This document shows, in pieces, positions 20,366 to 30,424 of a stretch of 64,000 nucleotides of DNA. A program made the translations under genes and the position numbers. Each line of letters starts with the position of its first letter. Position 1 is the stretch's first letter. The notes beneath the pieces were generated by a model. It saw only the letters and a program-made list of their open reading frames with translations. It was not told where the DNA came from and ran no database searches. Origin of the DNA: Spirochaetia bacterium (GTDB lineage: Bacteria > Spirochaetota > Spirochaetia > SZUA-6 > Bin103); assembly GCA_965203905.1 (NCBI GenBank), contig CBDBDQ010000005.1, positions 5,152,001 through 5,216,000 on the forward strand, written 5' to 3'.

Positions 20366-22042
20366 ATGAAAACAACAAGAATCGTAGCGATTACCTTGAC
20401 GATTCTCCTGCTTCCTGTCCTCTACCTGGCTGCAATGGCAGAAGGAGAAGCAGCGGCTCCGGCCGAAATGATGGAGATCACATGGATTGGCGAGACCTCG
20501 ATTGGAGAGGCGGGGTCAGTTCCTGAGGACAGCTGGGTAGGGCAGCAACTGAAGCAAAAGTTCCCTGACGTTCGTATCATTCCGGTGAATGTCGATCAGT
20601 GGAATGTCGACTTGTTGAAGATACTGGTCTCATCGGGAGATATGCCAGATTTTGGCTACTACGACCGGCTGCAAGGGGAGACCTGGAACTTCTACAAAGA
20701 CGGTGCTACGCGGTCGATACCGCATGCCATGATCAGAGAACACGCGCCTAACATGTCCAAATGGTACGATGACCGGCCGCCGGCGTGGCTGCTGAATGTG
20801 GTCCCTGGGACGGACGAGAAGTACGCTCTCGTTGGTTTGAAGGATTACAAGCTGGGGGTCATGTACCTGCCCTTTTTCAGGTACGACTGGCTTGAGAAAA
20901 TCGGCATGGAACCGCCGAGCGTCATCGATCTGGAGCCTGACAAAGATCCCGGCAAGTACCTCTGGGCGCAGCACCGGTATAGTCTCGACGAGCTGGAAGC
21001 TATCCTCGTAGCATTTCGGGACGAAGATCTGGACGGCAACGGCAAGCACGATACCGTGCCATGGGCCTTGGACCAGCGCTTCACGAGGTGGCGTTCACTG
21101 CATGAAATGTTTGGATTGGTGTGGGAGTGGAACATCGAGGAGAACGGCGAGACAGTACTCGCACCTGTGTCAGAGGCGGCGAAAGAGTATTTGAAGCTGA
21201 TGCAGAAGTGGTACGAGATGAAGCTCGTGAACTCGGATTTCCCGAATGTTACTTCGGAGCAGGTGCGAGCGTTCATGCACGAAGGAATAGCCGGTGTAAG
21301 TACCGGCGCTTACAGTCACTTGGGGATCAGGGCAGAACAAGACGCCAAATGGCCACAGGCACTCCTCGCCAATAATCCTGGAGCCAAGCTGGTAATGACC
21401 GATCCTTTCATGGGTCCTGCAGCATTCAACTCAGGTGCGTCGTCGAGCGTTCAGTCCTCTTCCTGGCAGTTCAACACGATAGTGGCGGAAAGGGTATCCG
21501 ATGAAAAACTGGCAAAATCCCTTGAGATCTGGGACTATCTCAATGGCACACTAGAAGGTCATGTGATGGCCATTTACGGTGAGCCCGGGGTGCACTTCAA
21601 TTGGGCTGGTGAGCCCTTTGGTTCCTACGCCCAGAGATTACCCTTGTCTACCGCGGAAGGAATGGGAGGAGAGGAAGGATTCCGGTTTTACCAAGGCGGC
21701 AATCACTGGCCTATCGAATGGATGATACACAGGGACCCACCGGAGTTCAGGGCCTTGATCGACTACTACCGAGACTCCGCTCCAGCGTTTACCCTTTACA
21801 TGCACCGAGAGGATCTGTTCGGTGAAACAGATTACTTGAATGCACGAAAGAGATATGCTGGAGACCTTGAGACAATACTTGCTGAGTTCTTCTACAACGC
21901 GATGACTGGTCAGCTTGACATTGATGCTGAATGGGACAACTATGTTGAAACGTATATGGGCGCCGGCGGCGCCGAAGTGCTGGCAGAGATTCAAAAGGCG
22001 CCACTCGTCTCGGGGTTGAGGCAAGGCGAGAAGATCTACTGA
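20366..22042 (+). CDS. Carbohydrate ABC transporter substrate-binding protein (LplA-like)
   Basis: Signal peptide, SSGDMPD, RYDWLEKIG, DGNGKHDTVP, WDNYVETY; upstream of two permeases. Confidence 0.9.
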   Translation: MKTTRIVAITLTILLLPVLYLAAMAEGEAAAPAEMMEITWIGETSIGEAGSVPEDSWVGQQLKQKFPDVRIIPVNVDQWNVDLLKILVSSGDMPDFGYYDRLQGETWNFYKDGATRSIPHAMIREHAPNMSKWYDDRPPAWLLNVVPGTDEKYALVGLKDYKLGVMYLPFFRYDWLEKIGMEPPSVIDLEPDKDPGKYLWAQHRYSLDELEAILVAFRDEDLDGNGKHDTVPWALDQRFTRWRSLHEMFGLVWEWNIEENGETVLAPVSEAAKEYLKLMQKWYEMKLVNSDFPNVTSEQVRAFMHEGIAGVSTGAYSHLGIRAEQDAKWPQALLANNPGAKLVMTDPFMGPAAFNSGASSSVQSSSWQFNTIVAERVSDEKLAKSLEIWDYLNGTLEGHVMAIYGEPGVHFNWAGEPFGSYAQRLPLSTAEGMGGEEGFRFYQGGNHWPIEWMIHRDPPEFRALIDYYRDSAPAFTLYMHREDLFGETDYLNARKRYAGDLETILAEFFYNAMTGQLDIDAEWDNYVETYMGAGGAEVLAEIQKAPLVSGLRQGEKIY

Positions 22043-22281
22043 GGGTCTGTCTTTAGTCCTCGTCACCAGGTCGTTAGTCCGCGCGCGCAGGGCGGCGGGA
22101 GATTCGTCAAACGCTGCCTTGCCGCCGCGGATGGTGACAACACTCTCATGGCCAAAGGCTTCTACGTCGAGCGCACCCAGGCGGCGTGCTAACGTCACGG
22201 GACTGGCGTGTCGGTGCCTTGAAGCGGTGCCCCTGCCTCGACTGTACCTCCGGTGCTTCCCGTGAGACATGACGACGGTGC

Positions 22282-23286
22282 GTGGCAAAAACTATGAAAG
22301 AAGCTTCCGCGGGAGACTCTTCTATCACGAAACAAGAACAACAGCATTTCAGCAACGCTCAAAGTGCGAGTCGTCTACTGCTCAAAGAGCGGTTCCAGAA
22401 AGCACGCCGGATGAAAATGCTCTATCTTCTCTTGCTTCTTCCCCTTGTGTTGGTAGTCATCTTTCACTATCTACCGATGTATGGTGTGCTAATTGCTTTC
22501 AAGGACTATCGATGGGGCTGGGGTGTCCTGAAGAGCCCGTGGAACAATTTCGAGCATTTCAAGATCTTCTTCTCCAGCCCATTCTTCGGTCGCGTCCTGT
22601 TCAATACAATCTACATTTCTCTCTTGAGGATCATCTTCGGGTTTCCAGCTCCTATACTGCTGGCGTTGCTGGTAAATGAGATAAACAACAATACCTTCAA
22701 GAAGACACTACAGACCGTCTCTTATCTACCCCACTTCATGTCCTGGGTCGTCTTGGCAAGTATTATATCGGAGTTCTTCTCACCGACCAGAGGGCCGGTC
22801 GGCTACCTATACACTCTGCTCGGCTTGGAACCGGTTAACTGGCTGAACAATCCGGATATGTTTCGCAGCCTGTTGGTCGTTACCGGCATCTGGAAAGAGG
22901 TGGGCTGGGGGGCCATAATCTACTTGGCAGCGCTATCTTCAATTGACCCGTCTTTGTACGAGAACGCGGTTGTTGACGGCGCCAACCGGTTTCAAAGAGC
23001 GCGCCATATTACGCTGCCATCGCTCGTTCCTATCATGACAATACTGTTCATTTTGGGTCTTGGAGATATACTCGAGGCGGGATTTGAGCAGATCTTCAAC
23101 CTGTACAGTCCATTGGTGTATTCCGTGGCGGACGTTATCGACACCTACATTTACCGAGCAGGCATTCTCGATCAGAAGTTTGGTTTTACCGCGGCGGTAG
23201 GTCTCTTCAAGAACACCTTCGGGCTGCTCCTGATACTGGCGTCGAACTTCGTCATTCGGCGATTCAGTGAGTACGGCATCTGGTAG
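22282..23286 (+). CDS. Carbohydrate ABC permease (LplB-like)
   Basis: YLPMYG, YLPHFMSWV, EAA-like LYENAVVDGA. True start may lie a few codons downstream. Confidence 0.92.
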   Translation: MAKTMKEASAGDSSITKQEQQHFSNAQSASRLLLKERFQKARRMKMLYLLLLLPLVLVVIFHYLPMYGVLIAFKDYRWGWGVLKSPWNNFEHFKIFFSSPFFGRVLFNTIYISLLRIIFGFPAPILLALLVNEINNNTFKKTLQTVSYLPHFMSWVVLASIISEFFSPTRGPVGYLYTLLGLEPVNWLNNPDMFRSLLVVTGIWKEVGWGAIIYLAALSSIDPSLYENAVVDGANRFQRARHITLPSLVPIMTILFILGLGDILEAGFEQIFNLYSPLVYSVADVIDTYIYRAGILDQKFGFTAAVGLFKNTFGLLLILASNFVIRRFSEYGIW

Positions 23287-23301
23287 GAGCGTAATTACCG
23301 G

Positions 23302-24195
23302 ATGAGAGATGTAGCACTAGCGGAGAAGTCCACAATCGGACGGATATTCGATTCGTTCAATTATCTTGCGCTTTGTATTTTTGCGTTCTCCATTCTGTAT
23401 CCTTTCTGGCACTTGGTACTTACCTCGTTTGCCAAGGAATCCACGTCTTTATCTCTGGGATTTCACCTGTGGATCGAGGAATGGACCATTCACGCCTGGG
23501 AGTATGTGTTATCGACGCAGGGTGTAGGGGTAGGCTACTTCAACACGATCTTGCGAACGTTTACTGGATCTCTGCTCACACTCGTAGTCACACTCTTTGC
23601 CGCCTACCCGCTGGCGCATCGAGATCTTCCGGGTAGAACGCCCTTGACCATATTATTCCTGGTCACTTTGTTTTTTTCGGGCGGGCTGGTGCCAACGTAT
23701 TTGGTGATCAGGAGTCTCGGCTTGATCAACAATCGACTGGTTCTCATTCTGCCACCGGCCTTGAACGTATACTACATCATCATCATGAGAAACTATCTGA
23801 TGACTATTGACAAGGCGGTTGAAGAGTCGGCTTTGGTGGATGGAGCGAACTATTTGACGATTCTATTCAAGATCATTGTCCCACTGGCCAGACCGGTAGT
23901 AGCGACGCTGCTACTGTGGACGGCCGTGTTTCACTGGAACGCGTGGTTCGATGCACTAATCTATATCAGGGACGATAATAAGAGGGTTTTGCAGCTGATT
24001 GTAAGAAGGCTTTACGAAATGGTGTCGGCGAGCGCTGAAGTCCGAGAGTATTGGGAGGACATGGGCGTACGCTTCCCCCCACAATCCGTGCAGGCAGTCA
24101 TGGTTCTCGCCACGATCGGACCGATCATACTCTTATACCCGTTTGTGCAAAGGCATTTCATCAAAGGAATAATGTTAGGTTCACTAAAAGGTTAA
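23302..24195 (+). CDS. Carbohydrate ABC permease (LplC-like)
   Basis: FSGGLVPTY, EESALVDGA, YPFVQRHFIKGIMLGSLKG. Confidence 0.92.
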   Translation: MRDVALAEKSTIGRIFDSFNYLALCIFAFSILYPFWHLVLTSFAKESTSLSLGFHLWIEEWTIHAWEYVLSTQGVGVGYFNTILRTFTGSLLTLVVTLFAAYPLAHRDLPGRTPLTILFLVTLFFSGGLVPTYLVIRSLGLINNRLVLILPPALNVYYIIIMRNYLMTIDKAVEESALVDGANYLTILFKIIVPLARPVVATLLLWTAVFHWNAWFDALIYIRDDNKRVLQLIVRRLYEMVSASAEVREYWEDMGVRFPPQSVQAVMVLATIGPIILLYPFVQRHFIKGIMLGSLKG

Positions 24196-24255
24196 GAACG
24201 ATTGAATACGATCCTGCTACCGTCCCTGACAGGCGGCTGACAAACCAGTGCGCAG

Positions 24256-25710
24256 CTAGGCGACGAACTGGAACGCGAAGAGCTTCATCGAGCGCATCAC
24301 GAACCGCAGGCGAACGGGTTTTCCGGCGAGCGCCGAGACGTCCTGCTCGCCGCCCCAGGTCACGATCTTTGCCGTGGAGTTTCCTCGCAGCATGTCGGAT
24401 GCCGCGAGATCGTGCGGCTTTATGGGTTTGCCGTTTGGCGTAAGGATCTCAACCTGCAGCCAGCCGCCCGCGCTGCCGTCCAGGTTGAGCTCGAGATGGC
24501 TGCCGGCGAACGTCACCGGCGGGGTGGTGAACTCGCCGCCGTCGTAAGATGCGTCGACCGAAATGAAACCGTCCCGGCGCAACCGTGCGTGGAAGATGGC
24601 GCTCGGCGACTGATCGGCCGCGCGAACCATGTGATGGTGCACGCCGATGCCGGCATAGTATAGCCATATCTCATCACCCACAGGGATCAGCCAGGGGTTG
24701 GCGCAGATCATGCCCGCCGACCGGGAGCCGTCCGCCCCGACGCGAAGAAATGGTTCCCGTGCGGGATGCTGCCACCAGTTGACCGAGTCCCGGCTCGTCG
24801 CCAGCCGGACGTCCAGGGTGGACGGGAATCCGTTTTCTGCCCAGTGGTAGTAGGCATTCGGCAACAGGATGTAGGCACGGGCCACGCCCGGGACCTTCAT
24901 GCCGCCGGGCACGTAGAAGTCCACAGGCGGCCGCCAATCGGGTGCGCCACCGGGAACCGGAGCCGCTTCGTCTTGCTCGTCGGCGCCGAATACAACGTTG
25001 GCCATGGTCCAGTTGCGGAAGTCGTCGGATGTCAGGCGCCCAACTGAACAGGTTCTCTGCCTTCCCTTGGGGAACTTCTTGACGCGGACGAACCCGACGT
25101 ACTTGCCGAGATCCTCATCCCAGAAGCACGTATGCTGCGCATCCGCCGCATTCCCCCGCCTGATAGGGTAACCTTCCTCCTGCAGCAGTTTCCAGTGAAG
25201 CCCGTCCGGGGAGACCATCGCCCAAAGGCCGGTGACGATCCCCTGCTCCCGATCCTCGTCGCTGGCCATGTACTTCGTCCAAAGCTTGTACCGCTCCTCG
25301 GCGGGGCCATGGTCGTCGCGGAACACGGTCGCCCCCTGTTGGCTGGCGTTCGGTGACGGGGGACCAACGATGTTGTTCTCTCTGGAACCGTTGAACGAGA
25401 TAATGCCGAGCACGGGCTTTTCCCAGTGCAAGCCATCGGTGGACTCCGCGTAGCAGAGCAGTTTTCGCGCCCTGCCGTCCGCCCGGGTCTGCACCTCATA
25501 CCACATGCGGAACAGGTCGCCTTCCAGCATCACGGTGTGGTAGCGACCGAACCTGCCCACTTCCCAGGGTCTGTCCAGAGTTAGAACGGGCTCGGCGTCC
25601 TGATACGGGGCGTTCATCTTCAGCTCGACGCCCTTGCTGTCCGCCAGAAACAGCGGGTCGAACAAGAGCTGCCTGTTCGTTCCGATTTCGATCGGAGGCT
25701 TCTCAGCCAT
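24256..25710 (-). CDS. Beta-propeller glycoside-hydrolase-like protein (GH32/43/130-like fold)
   Basis: RQLLFD, YAESTDGLHWEKP, SPDGLHW, SDDFRNW Asp-box-like repeats, LRRDGF, C-terminal beta-sandwich. Start moved to ATG 25710. Confidence 0.75.
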   Translation of the reverse strand: MAEKPPIEIGTNRQLLFDPLFLADSKGVELKMNAPYQDAEPVLTLDRPWEVGRFGRYHTVMLEGDLFRMWYEVQTRADGRARKLLCYAESTDGLHWEKPVLGIISFNGSRENNIVGPPSPNASQQGATVFRDDHGPAEERYKLWTKYMASDEDREQGIVTGLWAMVSPDGLHWKLLQEEGYPIRRGNAADAQHTCFWDEDLGKYVGFVRVKKFPKGRQRTCSVGRLTSDDFRNWTMANVVFGADEQDEAAPVPGGAPDWRPPVDFYVPGGMKVPGVARAYILLPNAYYHWAENGFPSTLDVRLATSRDSVNWWQHPAREPFLRVGADGSRSAGMICANPWLIPVGDEIWLYYAGIGVHHHMVRAADQSPSAIFHARLRRDGFISVDASYDGGEFTTPPVTFAGSHLELNLDGSAGGWLQVEILTPNGKPIKPHDLAASDMLRGNSTAKIVTWGGEQDVSALAGKPVRLRFVMRSMKLFAFQFVA

Positions 25711-25711
25711 G

Positions 25712-26656
25712 TCAGTCTTCTCCGCAAAAAATCGCATCGTCAGCGCCACGTCGCGCGCTTCGGCGATATTGAACCTCCGATCGCTGCGCGCTGGAGCGTC
25801 TCTCCGTTTGGGCGTCGCGGTCGCGCGCCATCTCGACAATCCTTTCCGGGAATGCGCCTGCCGCCTCGATCGCGCCGACGCGCGCGCGGCTCGTGGACGG
25901 CTCGAAGTTGATCAGTCCCGAGTAATCCGCGGACTTCAACGCGTCGAACAACTCGACCCACTGTATGCGATCGCCTGCATGAAAGGGCGGGTAGTGGTCG
26001 GTATCCACGAATCCGTGGAGGTGGACGTGCCGAAGCCGGTGGCCGCAGATCCCGACTACCTCGGTAGGACCGCCAGGGCGCGTCATCGGGTTCTGATCGT
26101 TGCCGTCTCTGACATGTCCGATATCCAGGATCATGCCGACCTGCGGATGGTCCAGGTCGTCCAGGAACCGCACCCGATCCTCCACGGATACGCCGTCCCG
26201 ACTGAAGTTCTCAACCGTAATCACCACGTTGGTTCCTTCACAGTGGCGCGCCAGTTCCTCATAGCTCCTCTTGACTATGCCGTCCTCGGTGTCGCCGGCG
26301 TGACACCCCCACACCGTACCGCCCAGTTCGGTCAGCGTATCGAGCTGGCGCTGGCAGTGCGCGACCCGCTCGCGGCGGCGGTGCTCCGTGTCGACATCGT
26401 TGAAACTCGTCTTGTGTGCATGATACGCCGCGACCCGGACCCCGGCGGCGCTGCAGATCTGCCCGACATACCGCATCGACTCACCGTCGCTGAAGTCATA
26501 CTGTTCAAGGCTCTCAATGAGCTCAATCCGGACGATCCCATGCTCCGCCATTGCGGCCAGGCTGTGCTCGCACAACGGCTGGTACCTGATCAGCGCGAGC
26601 GTCGAAATACTGAGGCGCTCCCGAATCTCCGCTGCCGTATAGAATGCAGACTGCAC
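25712..26656 (-). CDS. Sugar phosphate isomerase/epimerase (TIM barrel)
   Basis: VENF, LDIGH, HVHLH, DHYPP, NFEP. Confidence 0.85.
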   Translation of the reverse strand: MQSAFYTAAEIRERLSISTLALIRYQPLCEHSLAAMAEHGIVRIELIESLEQYDFSDGESMRYVGQICSAAGVRVAAYHAHKTSFNDVDTEHRRRERVAHCQRQLDTLTELGGTVWGCHAGDTEDGIVKRSYEELARHCEGTNVVITVENFSRDGVSVEDRVRFLDDLDHPQVGMILDIGHVRDGNDQNPMTRPGGPTEVVGICGHRLRHVHLHGFVDTDHYPPFHAGDRIQWVELFDALKSADYSGLINFEPSTSRARVGAIEAAGAFPERIVEMARDRDAQTERRSSAQRSEVQYRRSARRGADDAIFCGED

Positions 26657-26740
26657 TATTACTCCCCTCTCTCACCAGTAGCCGCTCCGCAGGGACGGGC
26701 GCCCATGCGCTCCGGCCGGTCCTCACCGGCAGGGCTCGGT

Positions 26741-26990
26741 TCATCCCTTCAGCGATGTATACCGTGTTGAACATGAGACGGCCACACGCCGTACATGGGC
26801 AGGTATTGAAGACAAACAGCAGGACCACGGGCAGGGCCAGCAGCACGTAGAGAAACCGCATCTTCTTTGCCCTGATCCAGGTCTGCCGGCGAAGAATGCG
26901 CGTAACCTGGAGTGGTGGCGGGGCGACCGTCTCCACCGCCGAGTTGGCTCCGGTCGTGTCTCGGATGCTCCCGTTCTGTGCACCACTCAT
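26741..26990 (-). pseudogene. Collapsed relic of an LplB/LplC permease pair
   Basis: KKMRFLYVLLALPVVLLFVF / YLPMYGV / GRLMFNTVY / SLKG* pieces in shifting frames. Confidence 0.8.
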
Positions 26991-27079
26991 GGCAGCCTCT
27001 CGAGCCGGTCCACAGCATACACCTCGATGCGCGTCTTTGACACCCCACTCAGGTGCGGCTTACTCCCGCTCCGGGCTGT

Positions 27080-27233
27080 CCGTCTGCAAGCGCCGTCGTT
27101 CCAGGAGATGAGTGCGCAGCAGGCGCTCGGAGCGCATCTAACGAGTCGCGGCCGGCCGATCATCGAGCGCGATGTACTCGGCGATCTCATCAAGGTCGGC
27201 CAGAGCCGGTCCCGCCCAGATCAGTCGAGCCAC
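27080..27233 (-). pseudogene. RelE/ParE-family toxin, internally deleted with premature stop
   Basis: GTG 27233: ARLIWAGPALADLDEIAEYIALDDRPAATR* followed directly by the C-terminal-type segment MRSERLLRTHLL; overlaps the antitoxin end. Confidence 0.8.
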
Positions 27234-27478
27234 CTGGCCAGTATCTGTTTCGCTTCCGCTTCGGTACAGGTCCGGTTTTCATGCAGCGCGCGTTCGCCGC
27301 CGGCTATGCCCTCCAGGATCCGCATCTTGCTCTGCATCGCTTCGTAGGACTCCACGTCGACGAGGTATGCGGTGGGCCTGCCATGCTCCGTAATGAGGAC
27401 CGGCTCTCCAGATTCCTTGAGCTCGGCGAGGAGTCGAGTTGCCTTTCGCTTGAGCGTGGTTACGAGTTCGGTCTTCAT
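27221..27478 (-). CDS. Phd/YefM-family antitoxin
   Basis: MKTELVTTLKRKATRLL...PVLITEHGRPTAYLVDVESYE. Confidence 0.9.
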   Translation of the reverse strand: MKTELVTTLKRKATRLLAELKESGEPVLITEHGRPTAYLVDVESYEAMQSKMRILEGIAGGERALHENRTCTEAEAKQILARWLD

Positions 27479-27486
27479 GGCTAAAT

Positions 27487-27503
27487 GATACTTGAGTGAC
27501 ACT
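27487..27503 (-). promoter_or_regulatory. Possible TA autoregulatory operator
   Basis: AGTGTCACT palindrome and related AGTATCATT just upstream of the antitoxin start. Confidence 0.35.
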
Positions 27504-27649
27504 CTCGATGTAACGCCGGGTTCCACGGGCTACTGACGACCCTGGCGACCCGGAGGCGCGGTAGAACAGACCGACACGCGGACGGGAAGTGGCGCACATG
27601 GAGTCCCACAGGTATGCTTGCGTGGCGTGCGTAGGCCTGACCTGACTGG

Positions 27650-28058
27650 AGACGTGCAACCATCCGACGATGTTCGGCTGAGGCAGTACGTGCGCGACCT
27701 CGGCCTGATCGCTCGCCAGGACCCGGTGCGCATGGCCAACCCGATTTACGCGGAGGTGGTGCCACGGGAACTCTCCTACGCAACCCAGGCACGGCTGGTG
27801 CAGGAGGTGGACGTGGAGAAGCTGATGGAAGCGTTCCAGACCTTCTTCCGGGAGCACTCGGAGCATTGGCTGGGGCGGTTCGACTATCAGGAGGCGGGGC
27901 CGCAGCTTCTCCTGCAGGCGTATCTGAAGCGGATCGTGAACGGGGGCGGGCGTATCGAGCGCGAGTACGGGCTGGGGTACGGCCGCACGGACCTGCTGAT
28001 CGTTTGGCCGTTCGGCGCCTCCGCCGATGGCGCCGCAGAGGTGACCAAGACGGTGATT
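27650..28058 (+). pseudogene. C-terminal fragment of an AAA-ATPase/PD-(D/E)XK-like family protein
   Basis: YVRDLGLI, ANPIYAEVVPREL, FFREHSEHW, EAGPQLLLQAYL, RIVNGGGRIEREYGLG, GRTDLLI; no Walker A region and no proper start. Confidence 0.75.
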
Positions 28059-28293
28059 GGCGCAGGCACGCGACCTGCCGCTTATCGTCGACGACAAGGA
28101 GGCACGCGCGGTGGCCGTAGTAGCTGGCGTGGCGCACGTGGGTACGGTGGGCGTACTGTTGGAAGCGTATCTGCGGCGATGCCTGGACTTGGGCGAATTT
28201 GAGGCAACGCTCCGGGATCTTAGTGAGATCCTCTGGCTGTCGCCGGTCGTGGTGGCGGAAGCACTGCGACTGGCGCGGGAGGAAGGAAGATGA
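28057..28293 (+). pseudogene. DUF3368 (PIN-like) toxin, N-terminally truncated
   Basis: LIVDDKEARAVA...GTVGVLLEA...LWLSP matches the DUF3368 C-terminal half; the PIN N-terminus is absent. Confidence 0.75.
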
Positions 28294-28610
28294 AGAAAGA
28301 GCAGATGGTGGGTACCCGCCTGCCGTTGGATCTCGTCCGCGGGCTGGAGCTGATCGAGGATGTCGAGCAATCCGATCGTTCAACCACATTGCGGCGGCTG
28401 CTCGCGAAGGCCATCGAACAATGGAAGCTCGAGCACTACGCCAGGCTCTTTGGCCACGGCAAGCTCACCCTGGCGCGAGCGGCGCGTGAAGCAGGAGTCA
28501 CCTTGTGGGAAATGATGGATTTCACGCGCAGCAACAAGATAGCGGTCCAATACGGCCTGGAGGACCTCCGTCAGGACATGGAAGTCATTCGGAGCAGGCT
28601 GGACCCGTGA
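28290..28610 (+). CDS. UPF0175-family antitoxin with RHH-like N-terminus
   Basis: GTRLPLDL...DRSTTLRRLL; GKLTLARAAREAGVTLWEMM; ATGA overlap with the DUF3368 fragment. Confidence 0.82.
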   Translation: MKKEQMVGTRLPLDLVRGLELIEDVEQSDRSTTLRRLLAKAIEQWKLEHYARLFGHGKLTLARAAREAGVTLWEMMDFTRSNKIAVQYGLEDLRQDMEVIRSRLDP

Positions 28611-28620
28611 TGATGCCGGC

Positions 28621-29460
28621 TCAGCGGTCGCCGGCGCCGATCGAGGCCAGGCCCTTGCGGAAGTAGGCGCCGACCGTGAAGTAGAGGATGATCACCGGCA
28701 GCATGTAGATCAGGCACATGGTGGCCAGCTTGGGGAAGTCGACGTTCTCGTCCAGGCCGAAGGCGGTGAACATGCCCACCGACACGGGGTACTTGTCGGT
28801 GCTGCTGAGCAGCACCAGGGGCATGATGAAGCCGCCCCAGGCGGCATCGAACGAAAGCACTCCGACGGCGCCAATGCCCGGCACGATCAGCGGCAGGACC
28901 ACCGTTCCCAGGATCTTCAACCGCGAGGCGCCGTCGAGTTGCGCCGCCTCCTCCAGTTCGACCGGGACCGCGTCGATCGCCCCCTTCATGATCCACAGGT
29001 TGAACGGTGTGGTGATGCCGACGTACACCAGCACCAGACCGAGGTGGGTGTCCAGCAGGCCCAGCCACAGCATCATCCCGAACACCGGCACGATGATCAG
29101 CGTCGAAGGAATGACCCGCGTCAGGATGATCCCGTACATCAGCGTCGCCTTGCCGCGGAAGGTGCCCCGCGACAGGGCGTAGCCGCCGGTCACGCTCGCC
29201 GCCAGCGCCAGCAGGGTGGTGGAGCTGGCGATGATGAAGCTGTTTCGCGTCCAGCGCAGGGTCTGCCCGGTGAACGCTTCGATGATGTTGGCGAGCGTCG
29301 GCTGTGCCGGGAAACGGAGCTGCAGGTTCGCCTGCGTGGAGAGCGCGGTGAAGATCAGCCACAGGTAGGGCGCGAACACGTAGAACAGCAGCGCGGCAAA
29401 CGCCAGATAGACGGCGCCGTGCAGTAGCGCCGGCCGTGCGGAACTAAGCCTCGATAACAC
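28621..29460 (-). CDS. Carbohydrate ABC permease (MalG-like)
   Basis: ELEEAAQLDGAS EAA loop; transmembrane segments. Confidence 0.92.
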   Translation of the reverse strand: MLSRLSSARPALLHGAVYLAFAALLFYVFAPYLWLIFTALSTQANLQLRFPAQPTLANIIEAFTGQTLRWTRNSFIIASSTTLLALAASVTGGYALSRGTFRGKATLMYGIILTRVIPSTLIIVPVFGMMLWLGLLDTHLGLVLVYVGITTPFNLWIMKGAIDAVPVELEEAAQLDGASRLKILGTVVLPLIVPGIGAVGVLSFDAAWGGFIMPLVLLSSTDKYPVSVGMFTAFGLDENVDFPKLATMCLIYMLPVIILYFTVGAYFRKGLASIGAGDR

Positions 29461-30316
29461 GGTTCAACCTGATGTAGATCAGCCCCAGCCCTACCGTGAG
29501 CATGAGAATCACGGTGCTCGCCGCGCCGGCATAGCCCAGCGCCATGTGGCCGAACGCCTCGTTGTAAAGGTAGATCGCGAACACCTCGGTACGTCCCAGC
29601 GGCCCGCCGCCGGTCAGGCCGTACACCATGTCGAACGCCAGCAGGGTGCCGAAGGTGCTCATCAGCACGGTCAGCAGGAGGCTGTAGCGGATCATCGGGA
29701 TCTTGATGTACAGGAAGGTCTGCCAGGCGGACGCGCCGTCGATCTTGGAGGCGTCGTAGACGGTGGACGGGATGCTCTCCAGGCCGGCCGACAGCAGGAT
29801 GAACGCCACCGCCATGCCGCGCGACCAGTTGGCCATGAGAATCGAGATCAGCGGGTAGTTGCGCAGCCAGTCGATGCGCGCCAGCCCGATGAGCTGCAGC
29901 AGGTCGTTGAGCGAGCCGTAGTCGACGTTCAGCACGCTGCGCCACATGTAGCCCACCACCAGGCCCGGGGTCAGCCACGGGATCAGCATGCTCACCGAGA
30001 TTACCTTGGTGAAGCGGATGCGCGGGACCCTGATCAGGTTTGCGTACAGCAGCCCGAGCGCGACGTGACCGATCACGGCCAGCAGCACGAACGACAACGT
30101 GACCGCGGTGCTGTTGTAGAAGTCGCGGTCCTGCATCAGCCGCGCGAAGTTGCGCAGCCCGACGAAGCGGACGCCGCGCGTCGGGTCCCCCCACAGGTTG
30201 AAGTCCGTGAACCCGAGCGCGACGGTCCAGAAGAACGGCGCCACGAACACCGCCATGATCATGGCCAGGCCCGGCACCAGGAACAGGAACGGTTGTCGCC
30301 GCAGTCGTTGCGTCAC
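29444..30316 (-). CDS. Carbohydrate ABC permease (MalF-like)
   Basis: FVGLRNF, VYDASKIDGA, TGGGP. Confidence 0.92.
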   Translation of the reverse strand: MTQRLRRQPFLFLVPGLAMIMAVFVAPFFWTVALGFTDFNLWGDPTRGVRFVGLRNFARLMQDRDFYNSTAVTLSFVLLAVIGHVALGLLYANLIRVPRIRFTKVISVSMLIPWLTPGLVVGYMWRSVLNVDYGSLNDLLQLIGLARIDWLRNYPLISILMANWSRGMAVAFILLSAGLESIPSTVYDASKIDGASAWQTFLYIKIPMIRYSLLLTVLMSTFGTLLAFDMVYGLTGGGPLGRTEVFAIYLYNEAFGHMALGYAGAASTVILMLTVGLGLIYIRLNRVIEA

Positions 30317-30424
30317 CGGCTTGGCATCTTGCGGGCGGCAACCGCCGCCCTGCCGCGGCCGGTACGGTGGGTGCCGTCAGGACACGCCCGCACCGGCCGG
30401 AACGAGTTTCCGCTCTACCGCCGC

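Noticed and set aside
22043-22281. Intergenic segment with an antisense reading frame between binding protein and permease
   Set aside because: No terminal repeats or recognisable homology; not callable as a MITE or gene.
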